Notes: a model not told the origin generated them from the sequence alone. A stretch of DNA of 64,000 bases from an uncultured Nitrososphaerota archaeon (GCA_963701075.1 OY969559.1:1184577-1248576); one strand, 5' to 3'; shown: positions 20,798 to 31,454, counted from the stretch's first letter. Made by a program: numbers and translations.

Positions 20798-21731
20798 GAC
20801 TTGGTATTACGCCATGAAAAGTGTTGGTATACTCCCATCTTGAATCAGTTGATTGCGATTCATATGAAAACTTGACAGCTTCACGGCTCCCATACAGGAT
20901 AACCTCGAGTTGCTTTTGTGTCATCTTGTTAATTGGAGTCATTAGATCAAAGCCATATTTTTTTCCGACATCTCGAAGTGTCTGTCTCCTAAATGACGAA
21001 AATCTTCCTGACCATGGAATTATGGCCCCGTCTAGGATGGATTTTGTCTTGTCAGGAATTAGCAGATCAGGCTCAAACTCCATCTTGACGCCTAGCCCGT
21101 GGCATGTCTTGCATGCCCCAAATGGCGAGTTGAAAGAAAACCCTCTTGGTTCAAGCTCGCCTATTGATATTCCGCAAAATGGACATGCATTGTTCTGAGA
21201 ATAGACCTTTTCTTCAGTATCTGCAACCATGACATCGCCTTTTCCTGCCTTGAGCGCAGTCTGGATGGATTCATAGAGCCTGCTTTTTTCTTCCCAGGCT
21301 GCCTTGAGTCTGTCAACGACGATTTCTATATTGTGCCACTTTTGCTTGTCAAGTGTTGGAAACTCGCCTGTAATTTCTATTATTTCTCCGTCTACTCGAA
21401 TTCTGGAATATCCCTGCTTTTTTACCTCTTCGAATATTTTTTCATATGTTCCCTTCTTTCTTCTAACAAGTGGTGCAAGTATCAGTATTTTTTTTCCTTC
21501 TGATTCTTTGAGAATTGATTCACAGATTGATTCTATTGACTGGTTTGATATCTTGCGCGCACATCTTGGACAGTGCGGCGTTCCAATTCTTGCATATAGT
21601 AGTCTGAGATAATCGTAAATCTCTGTTATTGTTCCAACAGTTGACCGCGGGTTTTTGCTTGTAGTTTTTTGCTGAATCGATATTGCAGGAGATAACCCTT
21701 CAATTGAGTCAACATCTGGCTTATTCATCAT
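20688..21731 (-). CDS. uvrA: UvrA, residues ~45-390 (N-terminal fragment); overlaps the downstream fragment by 110 nt in another frame
   Basis: [32 protein letters not shown], CPxC zinc modules; the true N-terminus ([48 protein letters not shown]) is encoded at ~21732-21925 but is cut off by a further 1-nt frameshift. Confidence 0.85.
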   Translation of the reverse strand: MMNKPDVDSIEGLSPAISIQQKTTSKNPRSTVGTITEIYDYLRLLYARIGTPHCPRCARKISNQSIESICESILKESEGKKILILAPLVRRKKGTYEKIFEEVKKQGYSRIRVDGEIIEITGEFPTLDKQKWHNIEIVVDRLKAAWEEKSRLYESIQTALKAGKGDVMVADTEEKVYSQNNACPFCGISIGELEPRGFSFNSPFGACKTCHGLGVKMEFEPDLLIPDKTKSILDGAIIPWSGRFSSFRRQTLRDVGKKYGFDLMTPINKMTQKQLEVILYGSREAVKFSYESQSTDSRWEYTNTFHGVIPSLAEKFRRDRFRVKKRGAKQVHARDSVQHMQGKKAKG

Positions 21732-21925
21732 CTCAAGGAACTGTCTTGCGTAAGCTGATAATGACTCGACATATCTTCTCTGCCCTTCTGCATAAATTGT
21801 ATCAAATGCAAGTGTTGATTTTCCAGAGCCTGAAAGTCCCGTAATTACTACAAGTTTATTTTTTGGAATATCAACATTAATGTTTTTTAAATTGTGCTCT
21901 CTTGCACCACGGATGATTCAGCTTG

Positions 21926-22297
21926 TCATTCATTTCTTAACTGTCTCTGTATTTTGGTTAATTTATCGCGGTATTCAATTGCATTCTCAAAGTCCAGATC
22001 TTCTGCATAACGCTTCATGGTGGCCTCTATTTCAATTGCAAGGGTTTGCAAGTCATGTCTTGACATGTGCTTTGTCTCTTCTAGCACTATGGTTTGAGCA
22101 GGTATTGCCTTTACAATAGTAGCAGGCGTGATTCCCATCTTTTTGTTGTATTCTATTTGCCTATTTCTTCTTCTTTCTGTCTCTGTCATGGCAAGCTTCA
22201 TTGACTGGGTAACCTTGTTGGCATACATTATCACAGAGCCGTCTACATTTCTTGCTGCTCTTCCAAATGTCTGAATCAGACTGGTGATGTTTCTCAA
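21926..22297 (-). CDS. uvrB: UvrB C-terminal fragment (helicase motif VI, UVR domain)
   Basis: [34 protein letters not shown] and [16 protein letters not shown] (UVR domain). Confidence 0.85.
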   Translation of the reverse strand: MRNITSLIQTFGRAARNVDGSVIMYANKVTQSMKLAMTETERRRNRQIEYNKKMGITPATIVKAIPAQTIVLEETKHMSRHDLQTLAIEIEATMKRYAEDLDFENAIEYRDKLTKIQRQLRNE

Positions 22298-22388
22298 AAA
22301 GCCTTCCTTGTCTGCATCAAGTATGGCAACAAGGGATACTTCGGGGATGTCAAGGCCTTCTCGCAGTAGATTTATGCCTACTAAAACG

Positions 22389-23867
22389 TCAAACTCTCCC
22401 AGTCTTCAGCTGTCTTATTATTTCTGTTCTCTGAAGGTTTTCAATCTCTGAATGAAGATATCGCACTTTGACCTTGTTTTTTGATAGGTATTCTGCCAAG
22501 TCTTCTGCCATTCGTTTTGTTAATGTAGTGACAAGTACACGTTGATTTTTATCAACACGTTTTTTTATTTCTAAAATCAAGTCGTCCATCTGACCTTCAG
22601 TCTTTCGTATCTCCACTGTTGGGTCTACCAAGCCTGTCGGTCTGACTAGCTGCTCTACTATGCGGAAACTTTTCTTGCGTTCATAATCTCCTGGAGTTGC
22701 AGAGACAAAGACAGTGTTTTTTACATATTTTTCAAATTCCTCAAACTTTAGAGGTCTGTTGTCAAAAGCGCTGACAAGCCTGAACCCGTAATCTATGAGT
22801 GATTTTTTACGCGTATGGTCGCCGTTGTACATTCCGTGCAATTGCGGCAGCGTTACATGCGATTCATCAACTACAAGTAAAAAATCATCGCCAAAAAAGT
22901 CAAGCAGGCAAAACGGAGGTTCCCCTTCCAGTCTACCATCAAAATGTCTTGAATAATTCTCGATTCCAGAGCAATAACCAAGCTCCTCTATCATTTCTAA
23001 ATCATATTTTGTTCTCATCTCAAGTCGCTGCCTTTCAAGCTCGTGCAGCTGTGGCAGCCTCTCTTTTAGTTCATTTCTTATTGACTCGACTGCTTTTTTT
23101 CTGACATCTGACGCAACAAGGTAGTGTTTTGCCGGATAAATCTTGATTTGTGATACCTGTTTCTTCTCTTTGAGTGATATAGGGTCACAAATTGATATTT
23201 TTTCAACATCGTCTCCAAACATGGAAATTCTTACAACTGAATCAGAATATGCCGGAATGATGTCAACTGTATCACCCTTTATTCTAAATCTGCCTGGCAA
23301 CAACTCTGTATCATTTCTGTCATATCTTGCATTGACAAGTTTCTTGATCAAAGATCTTCGCCCAATCTCTGCCCCTTTTTCTATCGTGATTGACATGAGC
23401 TCCCACTCGCGAGGCGAGCCAAGAGAGTATATGCATGAGACAGTCGCAACCACTATGGTTGGCTCCCCTGAAAGCAGCATGGCTGTTGCCTCTAGTCTCA
23501 TTTTTTCGATTTTTTCGTTTATTTGCGTGTCTTTTTCTATGTACGTGTCAGTCTGAGGTATGTAGCTTTCCGGCTGGTAGTAATCATAATAGCTGACAAA
23601 ATATCCGACATTGTTTTTTGGAAAAAATTGCTTTAGTTCAGAATAAAGCTGAGCCGCAAGCGTCTTGTTGTGTGATATCACAAGTGTGTTTTTTCCAGTC
23701 CTTTGAATGGCATTGGCAACAGTAAACGTCTTGCCGCTTCCTGTCACTCCAAGCAGCGTCTGGATCTTTTTTCCCCTGATTCCTTCTACTAGCGCTTCTA
23801 TGGCCTGGGGCTGGTCTCCTGTGGGCACAAAGTCTGATACTATCTCAAAGGTAGGATTTTCAAGCAA
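22389..23867 (-). CDS. uvrB: UvrB N-terminal 492 aa; continues into 21926-22297 frame after a 1-nt insertion near 22388
   Basis: Walker [11 protein letters not shown], beta-hairpin region, DESH box; reading through ...IIRQL then [39 protein letters not shown] in the shifted frame. Confidence 0.85.
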   Translation of the reverse strand: MLENPTFEIVSDFVPTGDQPQAIEALVEGIRGKKIQTLLGVTGSGKTFTVANAIQRTGKNTLVISHNKTLAAQLYSELKQFFPKNNVGYFVSYYDYYQPESYIPQTDTYIEKDTQINEKIEKMRLEATAMLLSGEPTIVVATVSCIYSLGSPREWELMSITIEKGAEIGRRSLIKKLVNARYDRNDTELLPGRFRIKGDTVDIIPAYSDSVVRISMFGDDVEKISICDPISLKEKKQVSQIKIYPAKHYLVASDVRKKAVESIRNELKERLPQLHELERQRLEMRTKYDLEMIEELGYCSGIENYSRHFDGRLEGEPPFCLLDFFGDDFLLVVDESHVTLPQLHGMYNGDHTRKKSLIDYGFRLVSAFDNRPLKFEEFEKYVKNTVFVSATPGDYERKKSFRIVEQLVRPTGLVDPTVEIRKTEGQMDDLILEIKKRVDKNQRVLVTTLTKRMAEDLAEYLSKNKVKVRYLHSEIENLQRTEIIRQLKTGRV

Positions 23868-23963
23868 GATTGCATCTTGTTGTATCTATTCCTAACTAAA
23901 ACTTTGAGTTGCTCGGCTCTTACGTTGCTGGGTGGTTGCATGCATTTTTCAGAGTTACTAATC

Positions 23964-24596
23964 CTACCAAAGCTGATCTTCTGATATGTCAAGGCCATCT
24001 CTTGTCTGTTTTATGCCCATTGTTTTGACTGTGTTTTTAGCAGTAGGAGTATTTCTTTCAAGGATGAGTTTTGCAAGCGCAATTCTTGTCTTTTTGTCCA
24101 GGTGCTGCCCTATCTTGTATTTACCTCGCATTGTTTCTGGCACGACTTTAATGATGGCAACCTCGTCTACCACGTGCATCTCAGGTGCTATCTTTTCATA
24201 CTTGCCTTCGGGCTGGTACTTTTCCATAAGGGAGTTTAGGGCAAATGTCTTCTCGTTTCTGTCTGATACTATACTTCCGCGTCCCTTTATTACGACACTT
24301 ATGTAAAACGTATCTGCCTGCGATGCATCTGTTGGGTGGCTAAAGTATGATGGCAGAAACTCTAGGCTCTGGTCCACTTCAAAGCCAACCTTTGGGTTTC
24401 TTGTAATGTTCTCTAGTTTTTCTCCTTTGATGTGGGAATGCATGTAGATCGAGTCTTTTGCGTAAACAAAATTCATCGGGATTATCTGTGGATATCCATC
24501 TTTGTCTATGCTACAGACTCGACCGGTTTCCTGACTGTTTAGAAATTCTATTATCTTCTTTTTTGATTTTATCTCTAGTCTTCCAAGTAGTTGCAT
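23964..24596 (-). CDS. Pyridoxamine 5-phosphate oxidase-like FMN-binding split-barrel protein
   Basis: 210 aa; PNPOx-like pattern (GYPQIIPMNFVY ... FYISVVIKGRG). Confidence 0.5.
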   Translation of the reverse strand: MQLLGRLEIKSKKKIIEFLNSQETGRVCSIDKDGYPQIIPMNFVYAKDSIYMHSHIKGEKLENITRNPKVGFEVDQSLEFLPSYFSHPTDASQADTFYISVVIKGRGSIVSDRNEKTFALNSLMEKYQPEGKYEKIAPEMHVVDEVAIIKVVPETMRGKYKIGQHLDKKTRIALAKLILERNTPTAKNTVKTMGIKQTRDGLDISEDQLW

Positions 24597-24728
24597 AGAT
24601 CAGTGATTCCACCTTTTGATATTTTTGCGTATGCTTTAAGATTTTGTTAACTCTTCGGTTGTTTACATAACCTAGATTATAACAATATAACCAAGTCTTT
24701 TTCTTGTAGACAAATCCTCATCTGATAA

Positions 24729-25187
24729 TTGTACGCCATAAAATCCATAAAACAGACTTATTCAAATGCTGAACTTGGCACCATGATGGATACATTCAAG
24801 GAGATGGTAAACCATTGTATCAGGATTGGGCTTGAGAACAATGTTTCCACGCTGAAGAAATTCTCGTCAATGTTTTATCATGAGCTTCAAAGCTACCAAA
24901 TCCAGTCAAAATACAAACTTACTGCAATGTCACAGGCCTGCGGAAGGCTCTCACAGATGAAGCAAGAGATCAGGAAGGGGAGGAGCGCAAAGTCTCCTTA
25001 TGTAAGAAGACCATACTTGGTGTCATGTTATGGATTCAAGGTTAACGGAATGTTGTTGTCAATTCCAACAGGAAACAGAAACTACATCAATGTTATACTA
25101 AATGAGCATACCATGAAAAAGCTCGCAGAGGAGGGTGTCAGGCCAAGGTGTTTACAATCACCCCAAACTCATTATCCATTTCAGTGA
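24729..25187 (+). CDS. tnpB: TnpB (OrfB) N-terminal fragment
   Basis: 152 aa; typical TnpB N-terminal region; frame overlaps the next ORF by 40 nt. Confidence 0.6.
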   Translation: MYAIKSIKQTYSNAELGTMMDTFKEMVNHCIRIGLENNVSTLKKFSSMFYHELQSYQIQSKYKLTAMSQACGRLSQMKQEIRKGRSAKSPYVRRPYLVSCYGFKVNGMLLSIPTGNRNYINVILNEHTMKKLAEEGVRPRCLQSPQTHYPFQ

Positions 25188-25894
25188 GAAAAGAAGTAGA
25201 GGAGATTAGATGCAATAACGTAATCGGAATAGACAGAAATTTAAGAAATGTCACCATCTCTACACAGTCAGGACCGGTCATGTACAAGACCGGAAAGTTA
25301 CTGTCAATAAAGGAAAATTCCCAGTTTGTAAGAGCGTCATTTAGAAGACACGACGTGAGAGTCAAAAACAAGTTCTTTGCACCGAGAAGGAACAGGCAGT
25401 CAAGACGGATACAACAGTATCTGCATAAAATATCGAGGGATATTGTGAGTAGAGCAAAAGAGTCAAAGGCAATCATTGCCTTTGAGGATCTAAAAGGAAT
25501 TCGCAAGTTGTATCAAAAGGGGAACGGCCAAGGAAAGAAATTCAGACGAAGATTAAACTCCTGGTCATTTTACGAGTTGCAGAGACAGATTGTATACAAG
25601 GCATCATGGGAGGGAATTCCAGTCAGATTCGTAGATCCAAAACGCACCAGCCAACTCTGTCCAATATGCGGAGATAGAATCCAAGAGGACAAGTTTCACA
25701 GACGAAAATCATGGTGCAGTAATTGTAGGAAATCAATTGACCGCGATGTTGTCGCGGCACTGAACATATCTTACAAGGGGTGGAGTAGGTTTTGCCATCC
25801 TAGAGGGCTTTCAGAGGAAGTGATGAGGGGGAATGTGGAAAACTTTCAGCCACTAATCCTCAGAGTAGATGGAAGCAAGTTGATCTCGGTATGA
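25148..25894 (+). CDS. tnpB: TnpB (OrfB) C-terminal fragment: RuvC-I (VIGIDRN), RuvC-II (IAFEDL), zinc finger (CPICG...CSNC), RuvC-III (DRDVVAALNI)
   Basis: 248 aa; motif order diagnostic of TnpB/Cas12-like RuvC nucleases; frameshift near 25140-25187 splits the gene. Confidence 0.75.
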   Translation: MFTITPNSLSISVRKEVEEIRCNNVIGIDRNLRNVTISTQSGPVMYKTGKLLSIKENSQFVRASFRRHDVRVKNKFFAPRRNRQSRRIQQYLHKISRDIVSRAKESKAIIAFEDLKGIRKLYQKGNGQGKKFRRRLNSWSFYELQRQIVYKASWEGIPVRFVDPKRTSQLCPICGDRIQEDKFHRRKSWCSNCRKSIDRDVVAALNISYKGWSRFCHPRGLSEEVMRGNVENFQPLILRVDGSKLISV

Positions 25895-25969
25895 ATGTTT
25901 TATGCAAACAACCGAAGAATTAACAGAACCTGCTTTAATAGTTAAATTGGGGTATGTATACTGTCAAAT

Positions 25970-26380
25970 ATGAGATCTGGCTGGATTGGATCTACTTTTG
26001 GGATCTTCATAATAATTGGTACATCGGTAGCCGGATTTTCAAGTTTTGTATACCGCCTGTTTGGAGATACAATTCCAACTGTGTTTTGGGTGCATCTCAA
26101 AGAAGTTGGTGCTGCCTTGATCATGTTGGCAGTCTTTGCATTTGTGGTTGCATGGATACTTAGGGCCAAACCTCACAAAAAGCCTCAGCACTATTTTGTC
26201 AAGGTATTTGATCTTTTTGGACAAGAGTTCAAGATTGAAGGTATGAGAACTGAATTTAAGACACACGATGTAGCGTGGAGCTTTATGAAACACTACAAAA
26301 AGTCTTACCCGCTATACAACTTTGCACTAGTCTCTGATCTGCCAAATTCTGACAAGATGACAATTTTTAGGTATCTTTAG
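25970..26380 (+). CDS. Hypothetical membrane protein (two TM helices)
   Basis: 136-aa ORF with hydrophobic segments. Confidence 0.3.
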   Translation: MRSGWIGSTFGIFIIIGTSVAGFSSFVYRLFGDTIPTVFWVHLKEVGAALIMLAVFAFVVAWILRAKPHKKPQHYFVKVFDLFGQEFKIEGMRTEFKTHDVAWSFMKHYKKSYPLYNFALVSDLPNSDKMTIFRYL

Positions 26381-26389
26381 AAAAATAAC

Positions 26390-27475
26390 TTATTTTCTTG
26401 GGTTGTTTTGATCTTTAAAGTATGGCAGTACTGTAGAGCCAAACTTGTCTATTGAGCCAAAGTACCCAGAACCCCAGAACCTGACAATAAAATGGTTAAC
26501 TCCAGCTTTTATGAATCTCTCAAAGACTGGTATGATATCATCTGGAGTGCCGATGCCAATTGATGAGCGCGCTACCTTGTCAGGAATTGTCTGTGCGGCC
26601 TCTCTCATCTTTACTATCCATTCTTGATTTGACATTGAATATTCTGTGAAATATTTCTTAAAGTCAAAACCTGCAACATCTTCGACTCCGTGCACCTTGA
26701 GAACTTCGGGTTTGAACAAACTAACCTTTACGGCATTTTTCATCTTTGCCCATGCTACTTCTGTATCGTCTGCAAAGTAAACGTCAATGTCTACGCCAAA
26801 CTGAAAGTTTGAACCGTCTCTGCCGTTTTCCTTCATTGATTGTTTAATTGACTTGACATGTTCCTCGTAAAGTTCTGGAGTGTATCCTATTGGAATCCAT
26901 CCATCGCCATATTTTCCACACAATGCCAGAGTTCTAGGTGCACCTGCTGCCATGTATATTGGAGGATGTGGTTTTCTAATTGGGGCTGCCTGTAGACATG
27001 CATTGTCAAGCTCATAATATTCTCCTTTGAAACTTACTCGGTGATCAGGCGATGATTCGAAAAGTAATTTGATTACTTGAAGCTGCTCTTCAAATCTTCC
27101 AACTGGCTTGTCCCATTGTATCTTGAACTCTTTGATATTTTGGGCCTCACCTGCACCAATGCCAAGAGTTCCTCTTCCATGTGAGACTCTGTCAAGGGTA
27201 ATACTAGCTAGAGCAATATTTGATGGATGTCGTCTTACTGCATCTGTCACACAAGTTCCAAGCTCAACTTTGTTTGTAATAGAAGCTATGGCAGAAAGCA
27301 TAACCCATGGGTCATTTACAATTGCATGATTCCATTGGGGGACATTACTGTGGTCCATGTACCAAATCGAATCGTACCCTACCTTATCAGCCAAAACGCA
27401 GGCTGTTAAGATTTGATCCTCTGTTAGCCCAAGACGAGCAACATTCAACCCCTGTTGAATTCCAAACTTGATCAT
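26390..27475 (-). CDS. Luciferase-like monooxygenase family oxidoreductase (probably F420-dependent)
   Basis: 361 aa; LLM TIM-barrel pattern (DSIWYMDH, GIGAGEAQN). Confidence 0.65.
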   Translation of the reverse strand: MIKFGIQQGLNVARLGLTEDQILTACVLADKVGYDSIWYMDHSNVPQWNHAIVNDPWVMLSAIASITNKVELGTCVTDAVRRHPSNIALASITLDRVSHGRGTLGIGAGEAQNIKEFKIQWDKPVGRFEEQLQVIKLLFESSPDHRVSFKGEYYELDNACLQAAPIRKPHPPIYMAAGAPRTLALCGKYGDGWIPIGYTPELYEEHVKSIKQSMKENGRDGSNFQFGVDIDVYFADDTEVAWAKMKNAVKVSLFKPEVLKVHGVEDVAGFDFKKYFTEYSMSNQEWIVKMREAAQTIPDKVARSSIGIGTPDDIIPVFERFIKAGVNHFIVRFWGSGYFGSIDKFGSTVLPYFKDQNNPRK

Positions 27476-27605
27476 ATTATACGAAACCCTGTCGCAATTT
27501 GTTCATTTGAAAGCGGTATTTAAGTTTAGTAAGAGACGCGGTAATCGTCGTTTGAAGTGATAAAGCGGCAGTAAAATCTGTCAAGATGTTAATTGTAGTC
27601 AAATC

Positions 27606-28943
27606 TTATAGCTGAACCCTATAGTAATCCCATCTTTCAGGATCAAACTGCCTTACAAACTCGATCTTCTCGTTGCGCTTTTTCCTTTCTTGTATTACGT
27701 CCCTTAGGGCAAAGCTTGAGAGGTATTTGTATCCCTTGGATTGAGCCTGCATTAAAAATAACTGGCGCATCTCTCGTCCGCCCTTTAACCCCCAATACCC
27801 CATCTTCAATGCAATGGGCTCTAAAAATATTGTATCCCCTTTTCCCCAATGTGGATCATTGATATCAGAACGGAGTTTGTAATTTTCTAGTGACGTTCCC
27901 TTTACAAAACCCACTATCGGACCGTTTCCATCTCCAATCCTTAATGTGTTGAGCAACATTTTTGGATCCCGTACAGAATCTGCAAAACCTGTTCGCAGAA
28001 ATTGGAGAGGATATGGCAACTCTTGGAAAATTCCAAAGAGTGTATTGATAAATTCGTCTTTTTGCCGTGTCGTGATAGGGTCAATAGAGGTTACTAGCTG
28101 CACCTTGTCGTAAATCACCGCTGCTTGATTTTGTATTTCATTTTCTCTAAGCCTCATGAATCCTAATACGTTATCCATAAATGACTTGCGCATAGTTCTT
28201 GGCAACGCTTCTAAAATTTGGTTGCACATCTCGGATTCGTTGTTTAGGAGATCTTCAAAAAATGCAACAGCACGGATTGCTATTAAATTGGGGTGCCATG
28301 CCAAAGAGTGTGCATTCTTCTTTGCCATCTCAAGTGCATATGAAAAATCACCCATGGCATAACCGCCAATTCTATCTGATACAGAAAGAAACCACCCAAG
28401 TTTATTGTAATATTCAGTCTTTTGTGGGTTATCCCTTGCACTGTCTGACACAGAATAAAAATGCTCAATTAACAATTCTGCTTTTTCTTTATTCTCTCCC
28501 GTCCAAGGATATGTCGTTCTCAGTATCATTGCTGATACGATGTTGGGATCAATATTGGATTCTTTTAGTAACGACTCTAATGTTTTGTCAGTACTGACAA
28601 AATTGGCCGCATCAGGCTCATGTGGCTTGTCAACTCTTTTCTGAGGGTCATAATCATGAAACAAAGCCGCTACAAAGAGATATTTTGCATCGTCCTTTGT
28701 AATGAGATTCTGTTGGCTCTGCCACTGCGCTGCCAAGAGTGTGACATATGTGACTTCTAATTCGTGGATTATGTTGTGGTACCCATAATAATCAATACCC
28801 AGTCCTTTCTGATGGAACAGGTCTATTGTATAATCAAGTATCTTGGAATAACAAGAGGACTCAAGCCCGCACTGGTTTAAGGTCTCTAGTATTTTATCTC
28901 TGAGATTGCTGGTGCTGTATATCTCTTGCATTGGAACTTTCAC
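27606..28943 (-). CDS. HD-domain-like hypothetical protein
   Basis: 445 aa; H...HD...D arrangement (YHNIIHELEV ... ALFHDYD). Confidence 0.4.
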   Translation of the reverse strand: MKVPMQEIYSTSNLRDKILETLNQCGLESSCYSKILDYTIDLFHQKGLGIDYYGYHNIIHELEVTYVTLLAAQWQSQQNLITKDDAKYLFVAALFHDYDPQKRVDKPHEPDAANFVSTDKTLESLLKESNIDPNIVSAMILRTTYPWTGENKEKAELLIEHFYSVSDSARDNPQKTEYYNKLGWFLSVSDRIGGYAMGDFSYALEMAKKNAHSLAWHPNLIAIRAVAFFEDLLNNESEMCNQILEALPRTMRKSFMDNVLGFMRLRENEIQNQAAVIYDKVQLVTSIDPITTRQKDEFINTLFGIFQELPYPLQFLRTGFADSVRDPKMLLNTLRIGDGNGPIVGFVKGTSLENYKLRSDINDPHWGKGDTIFLEPIALKMGYWGLKGGREMRQLFLMQAQSKGYKYLSSFALRDVIQERKKRNEKIEFVRQFDPERWDYYRVQL

Positions 28944-29009
28944 TTGTATGGTACAGGTACCATAAAAGCTTAATTGGAATTAGAAAAGGAATCAGACGCT
29001 GAAGTTTTC

Positions 29010-29954
29010 TTACATCTTGCCGTTGACGATATCTTGCAAGAGGTGTACGATGTCTTCTTTAGTTACAGGTATTGGATTTGGATCAAGATGACCTTTGTCA
29101 GTCATGATTACATCTGCAGCTTGATCAACAGGCGTCTTGAGAGCAAGTTTGTCAAACTTTAGCTTCTCTATTACCTCCTTGAATTTGTCATAGAATATTG
29201 ATTTGTTAAATCTATGTGCTACTGTAGTGCAAGATGATAACGAGTATCCGTGGGGCACTCCCTCATTTGAAAATGCGTATGATAATGCATGCCCTAATGT
29301 TGTTGATGCATTGCCAAAACCAATTCCAGACAGCATGGAACCAAATGGATAATTCTCAGGCTTGTTGTTCATTATTGCGTCGTACAATATATCAAAAGCA
29401 GACTTGCACATCATTTTTGTAAACTCATTTCCTCTCTTGCTGTCATAGCCCTCTGTTGCTTGAGCGCATGCATCGCATACTGAATTCTTGACTATGGCCT
29501 CTGGTGTTCCATCCATAAAGTAAGAATCTATAACTGCAACATCGGCAAGAAATCTTTCATCTTGCAAGAGTTTCTTTTTTCCTTCGAATTTGAGTACACA
29601 GTATGTTGTCATTTCTGCGCCTGTGCCAAAAGTTGTCGGTATGAGTATCTTTGGTATCTTCATCTCCATGCCTGCATATTTTGCAACATCAAGTGAGACT
29701 CCACCGCCTAAGCCAATTATCACCGAGGGATTTTTTGGTTTGAACTCTGCGATAACTTTGTTTACTGTTTCAATAGAAGGCTCTGGTTCCACCTTATCGT
29801 ATAACATGTAATCTTGAATCTTCATCCTGGCAAGCCATTTCTTTGATACGTCAGGAGGAGCTGTTGTAACAACAAGGGCGTTTTTTGGATATTGTGTATC
29901 TGACAATGCGTCTTTGCCATAGTTGATTATCTTTGGAATTCTTACGGTATTCAT
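29010..29954 (-). CDS. Iron-containing alcohol dehydrogenase / dehydroquinate-synthase-like fold (glycerol-1-phosphate dehydrogenase-like)
   Basis: 314 aa; GLGGGVSLDVAKY glycine-rich NAD(P)-binding motif. Confidence 0.5.
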   Translation of the reverse strand: MNTVRIPKIINYGKDALSDTQYPKNALVVTTAPPDVSKKWLARMKIQDYMLYDKVEPEPSIETVNKVIAEFKPKNPSVIIGLGGGVSLDVAKYAGMEMKIPKILIPTTFGTGAEMTTYCVLKFEGKKKLLQDERFLADVAVIDSYFMDGTPEAIVKNSVCDACAQATEGYDSKRGNEFTKMMCKSAFDILYDAIMNNKPENYPFGSMLSGIGFGNASTTLGHALSYAFSNEGVPHGYSLSSCTTVAHRFNKSIFYDKFKEVIEKLKFDKLALKTPVDQAADVIMTDKGHLDPNPIPVTKEDIVHLLQDIVNGKM

Positions 29955-30057
29955 AGAAAAATAAGATTTGCAATTATTATTATACTATTGCTTGTTCTGG
30001 CATTTTAAAACACAGAACAGAACGTAGGCTTGTATCCAAATAATTGGGAACAAAGGT

Positions 30058-30405
30058 GTGATTTTTATATCTAAAAACCAGAAGGGTGGTAAGAAAATGA
30101 ATCCAAAAAACTCTGATGAAACAATTTCCAAAGTAGAATCCATGATTCGTGTGCTCTCTAAAGCCACGCCACGCGGTGACATCCTAGATCAGAATGATGT
30201 CAAAGCTCTCAATCAAGTAGACTCTGAGGATCAACCCAAGTTGGCTGACAGGCTGGAGGATATGATGGTACTTCTAAAGGATGATCCAGATAACAAGAGA
30301 AAGATACTAGAGATTCATGATACCACCATGGACGAGTTTGGCCATGTTAGACCAATTCATGATGCCATGGATTCGATAAAGGCGTATTTTCTCAACAAAA
30401 AGTAG
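30058..30405 (+). CDS. Hypothetical protein
   Basis: 115-aa ORF. Confidence 0.3.
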   Translation: MIFISKNQKGGKKMNPKNSDETISKVESMIRVLSKATPRGDILDQNDVKALNQVDSEDQPKLADRLEDMMVLLKDDPDNKRKILEIHDTTMDEFGHVRPIHDAMDSIKAYFLNKK

Positions 30406-30406
30406 G

Positions 30407-31444
30407 CTAGAGCCCTATGCTGTTTATTGCAGCACCGGAATTTGCGTCGATGACCAAGACTATCTTTTTTCCTTTGTGGTCATATTTTGCAAACCAGATT
30501 GGAGCATGCAAAAGTTCACCGCTTGATACCTCTTCCTGAGTGTTTATTTGTTGTATCATGTGATACTGAGAGTGTGCCTTCTTTGATTGCAGTTGGTCTG
30601 CTATACCTTTAGCTTGGTTTTTTGCCCCGTCCTCGTTGATATCACCGTTTAGAACTTTGACTGATTTTGGAATCTTTTTGGAATCAAAATCAATCCTTCC
30701 ATCCAGCGCAAATTCATAACCTTGAGGTTGGTACATTGTCAATGCTTTGAGTGCAATTACAGGGCAGTTGTAGTTTGCATCAATTGTGTATGCCCTTTTT
30801 GTATTTGAACCACCTCCCATCATTCCACTGCCACCTAACATACTTCCCATTAGCATGCCATCCATCATGCCTCCGCCGAAGTTTCCGCCTCCTCTCTGCG
30901 AACCAAATCCTCCTCCGCCCATGGCTCCACCCATGACTCCAAACAAAGCAGCTGTTGTAGCTATGCTTCCTACTTCTGCTGCAACATCTATTGCAACAAG
31001 ATTAGTTCGTGCGGTAACTGGAATTATCCAATAAGGAACCATTGTCAAGTTAAGTTCTTCCAACGTTGAAGTTTCCTGCAAATGTCTGTGAAGCAGGCCC
31101 TTGTCCATCATCTTGTGGAGCCTACTTGTAATGTCATCCTTGTCGGTTATGGTAATTGGAAGCATAGTGTGCTTTGCAATGTTTTTCCAACCTGAATTTT
31201 CCAAAGTTACACTACTGCCGCAATATTCGCATGTTATGACCATCTCGCCAAATTTTGGAGCAATTGGTGCGCCACAACTTGGGCATTTGATCTCTTTTAC
31301 CATCTCTTGAGTTTGACTTGTAGTTACCTGAGCAGGTTGGGTTGTTTGAGGTGCTTGAGGTGTTTGAGGCTGTTGCTTTGCACCGCACTTCATGCAAAAA
31401 GTTGCGTCATCTGGAAGTTGTGTGTCGCATTTTGTACAAAACAT
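30407..31444 (-). CDS. Double zinc-ribbon protein with Gln/Pro-rich linker and Gly/Met-rich low-complexity segment
   Basis: 345 aa; FCTKCDTQ...FCMKCG and KCPSCGA...CEYCG; GGAMGGGGFGSQRGGGNFGGGMMDGMLMGS. Confidence 0.45.
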   Translation of the reverse strand: MFCTKCDTQLPDDATFCMKCGAKQQPQTPQAPQTTQPAQVTTSQTQEMVKEIKCPSCGAPIAPKFGEMVITCEYCGSSVTLENSGWKNIAKHTMLPITITDKDDITSRLHKMMDKGLLHRHLQETSTLEELNLTMVPYWIIPVTARTNLVAIDVAAEVGSIATTAALFGVMGGAMGGGGFGSQRGGGNFGGGMMDGMLMGSMLGGSGMMGGGSNTKRAYTIDANYNCPVIALKALTMYQPQGYEFALDGRIDFDSKKIPKSVKVLNGDINEDGAKNQAKGIADQLQSKKAHSQYHMIQQINTQEEVSSGELLHAPIWFAKYDHKGKKIVLVIDANSGAAINSIGL

Positions 31445-31454
31445 AATTTTTCTC

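Larger units (their letters stand above)
24700..25950 (+). mobile_element. IS200/IS605-family element carrying tnpB only (IS1341-like); boundaries approximate
   Basis: TnpB ORFs 24729-25894 with short flanks; no tnpA present. Confidence 0.55.

Noticed and set aside
25942-26293. Overlapping ORFs 25942-26169(-), 25954-26163(+), 26039-26293(-)
   Set aside because: Mutually overlapping and antisense to the more plausible 25970-26380 membrane ORF, or inside the IS right end; treated as noise
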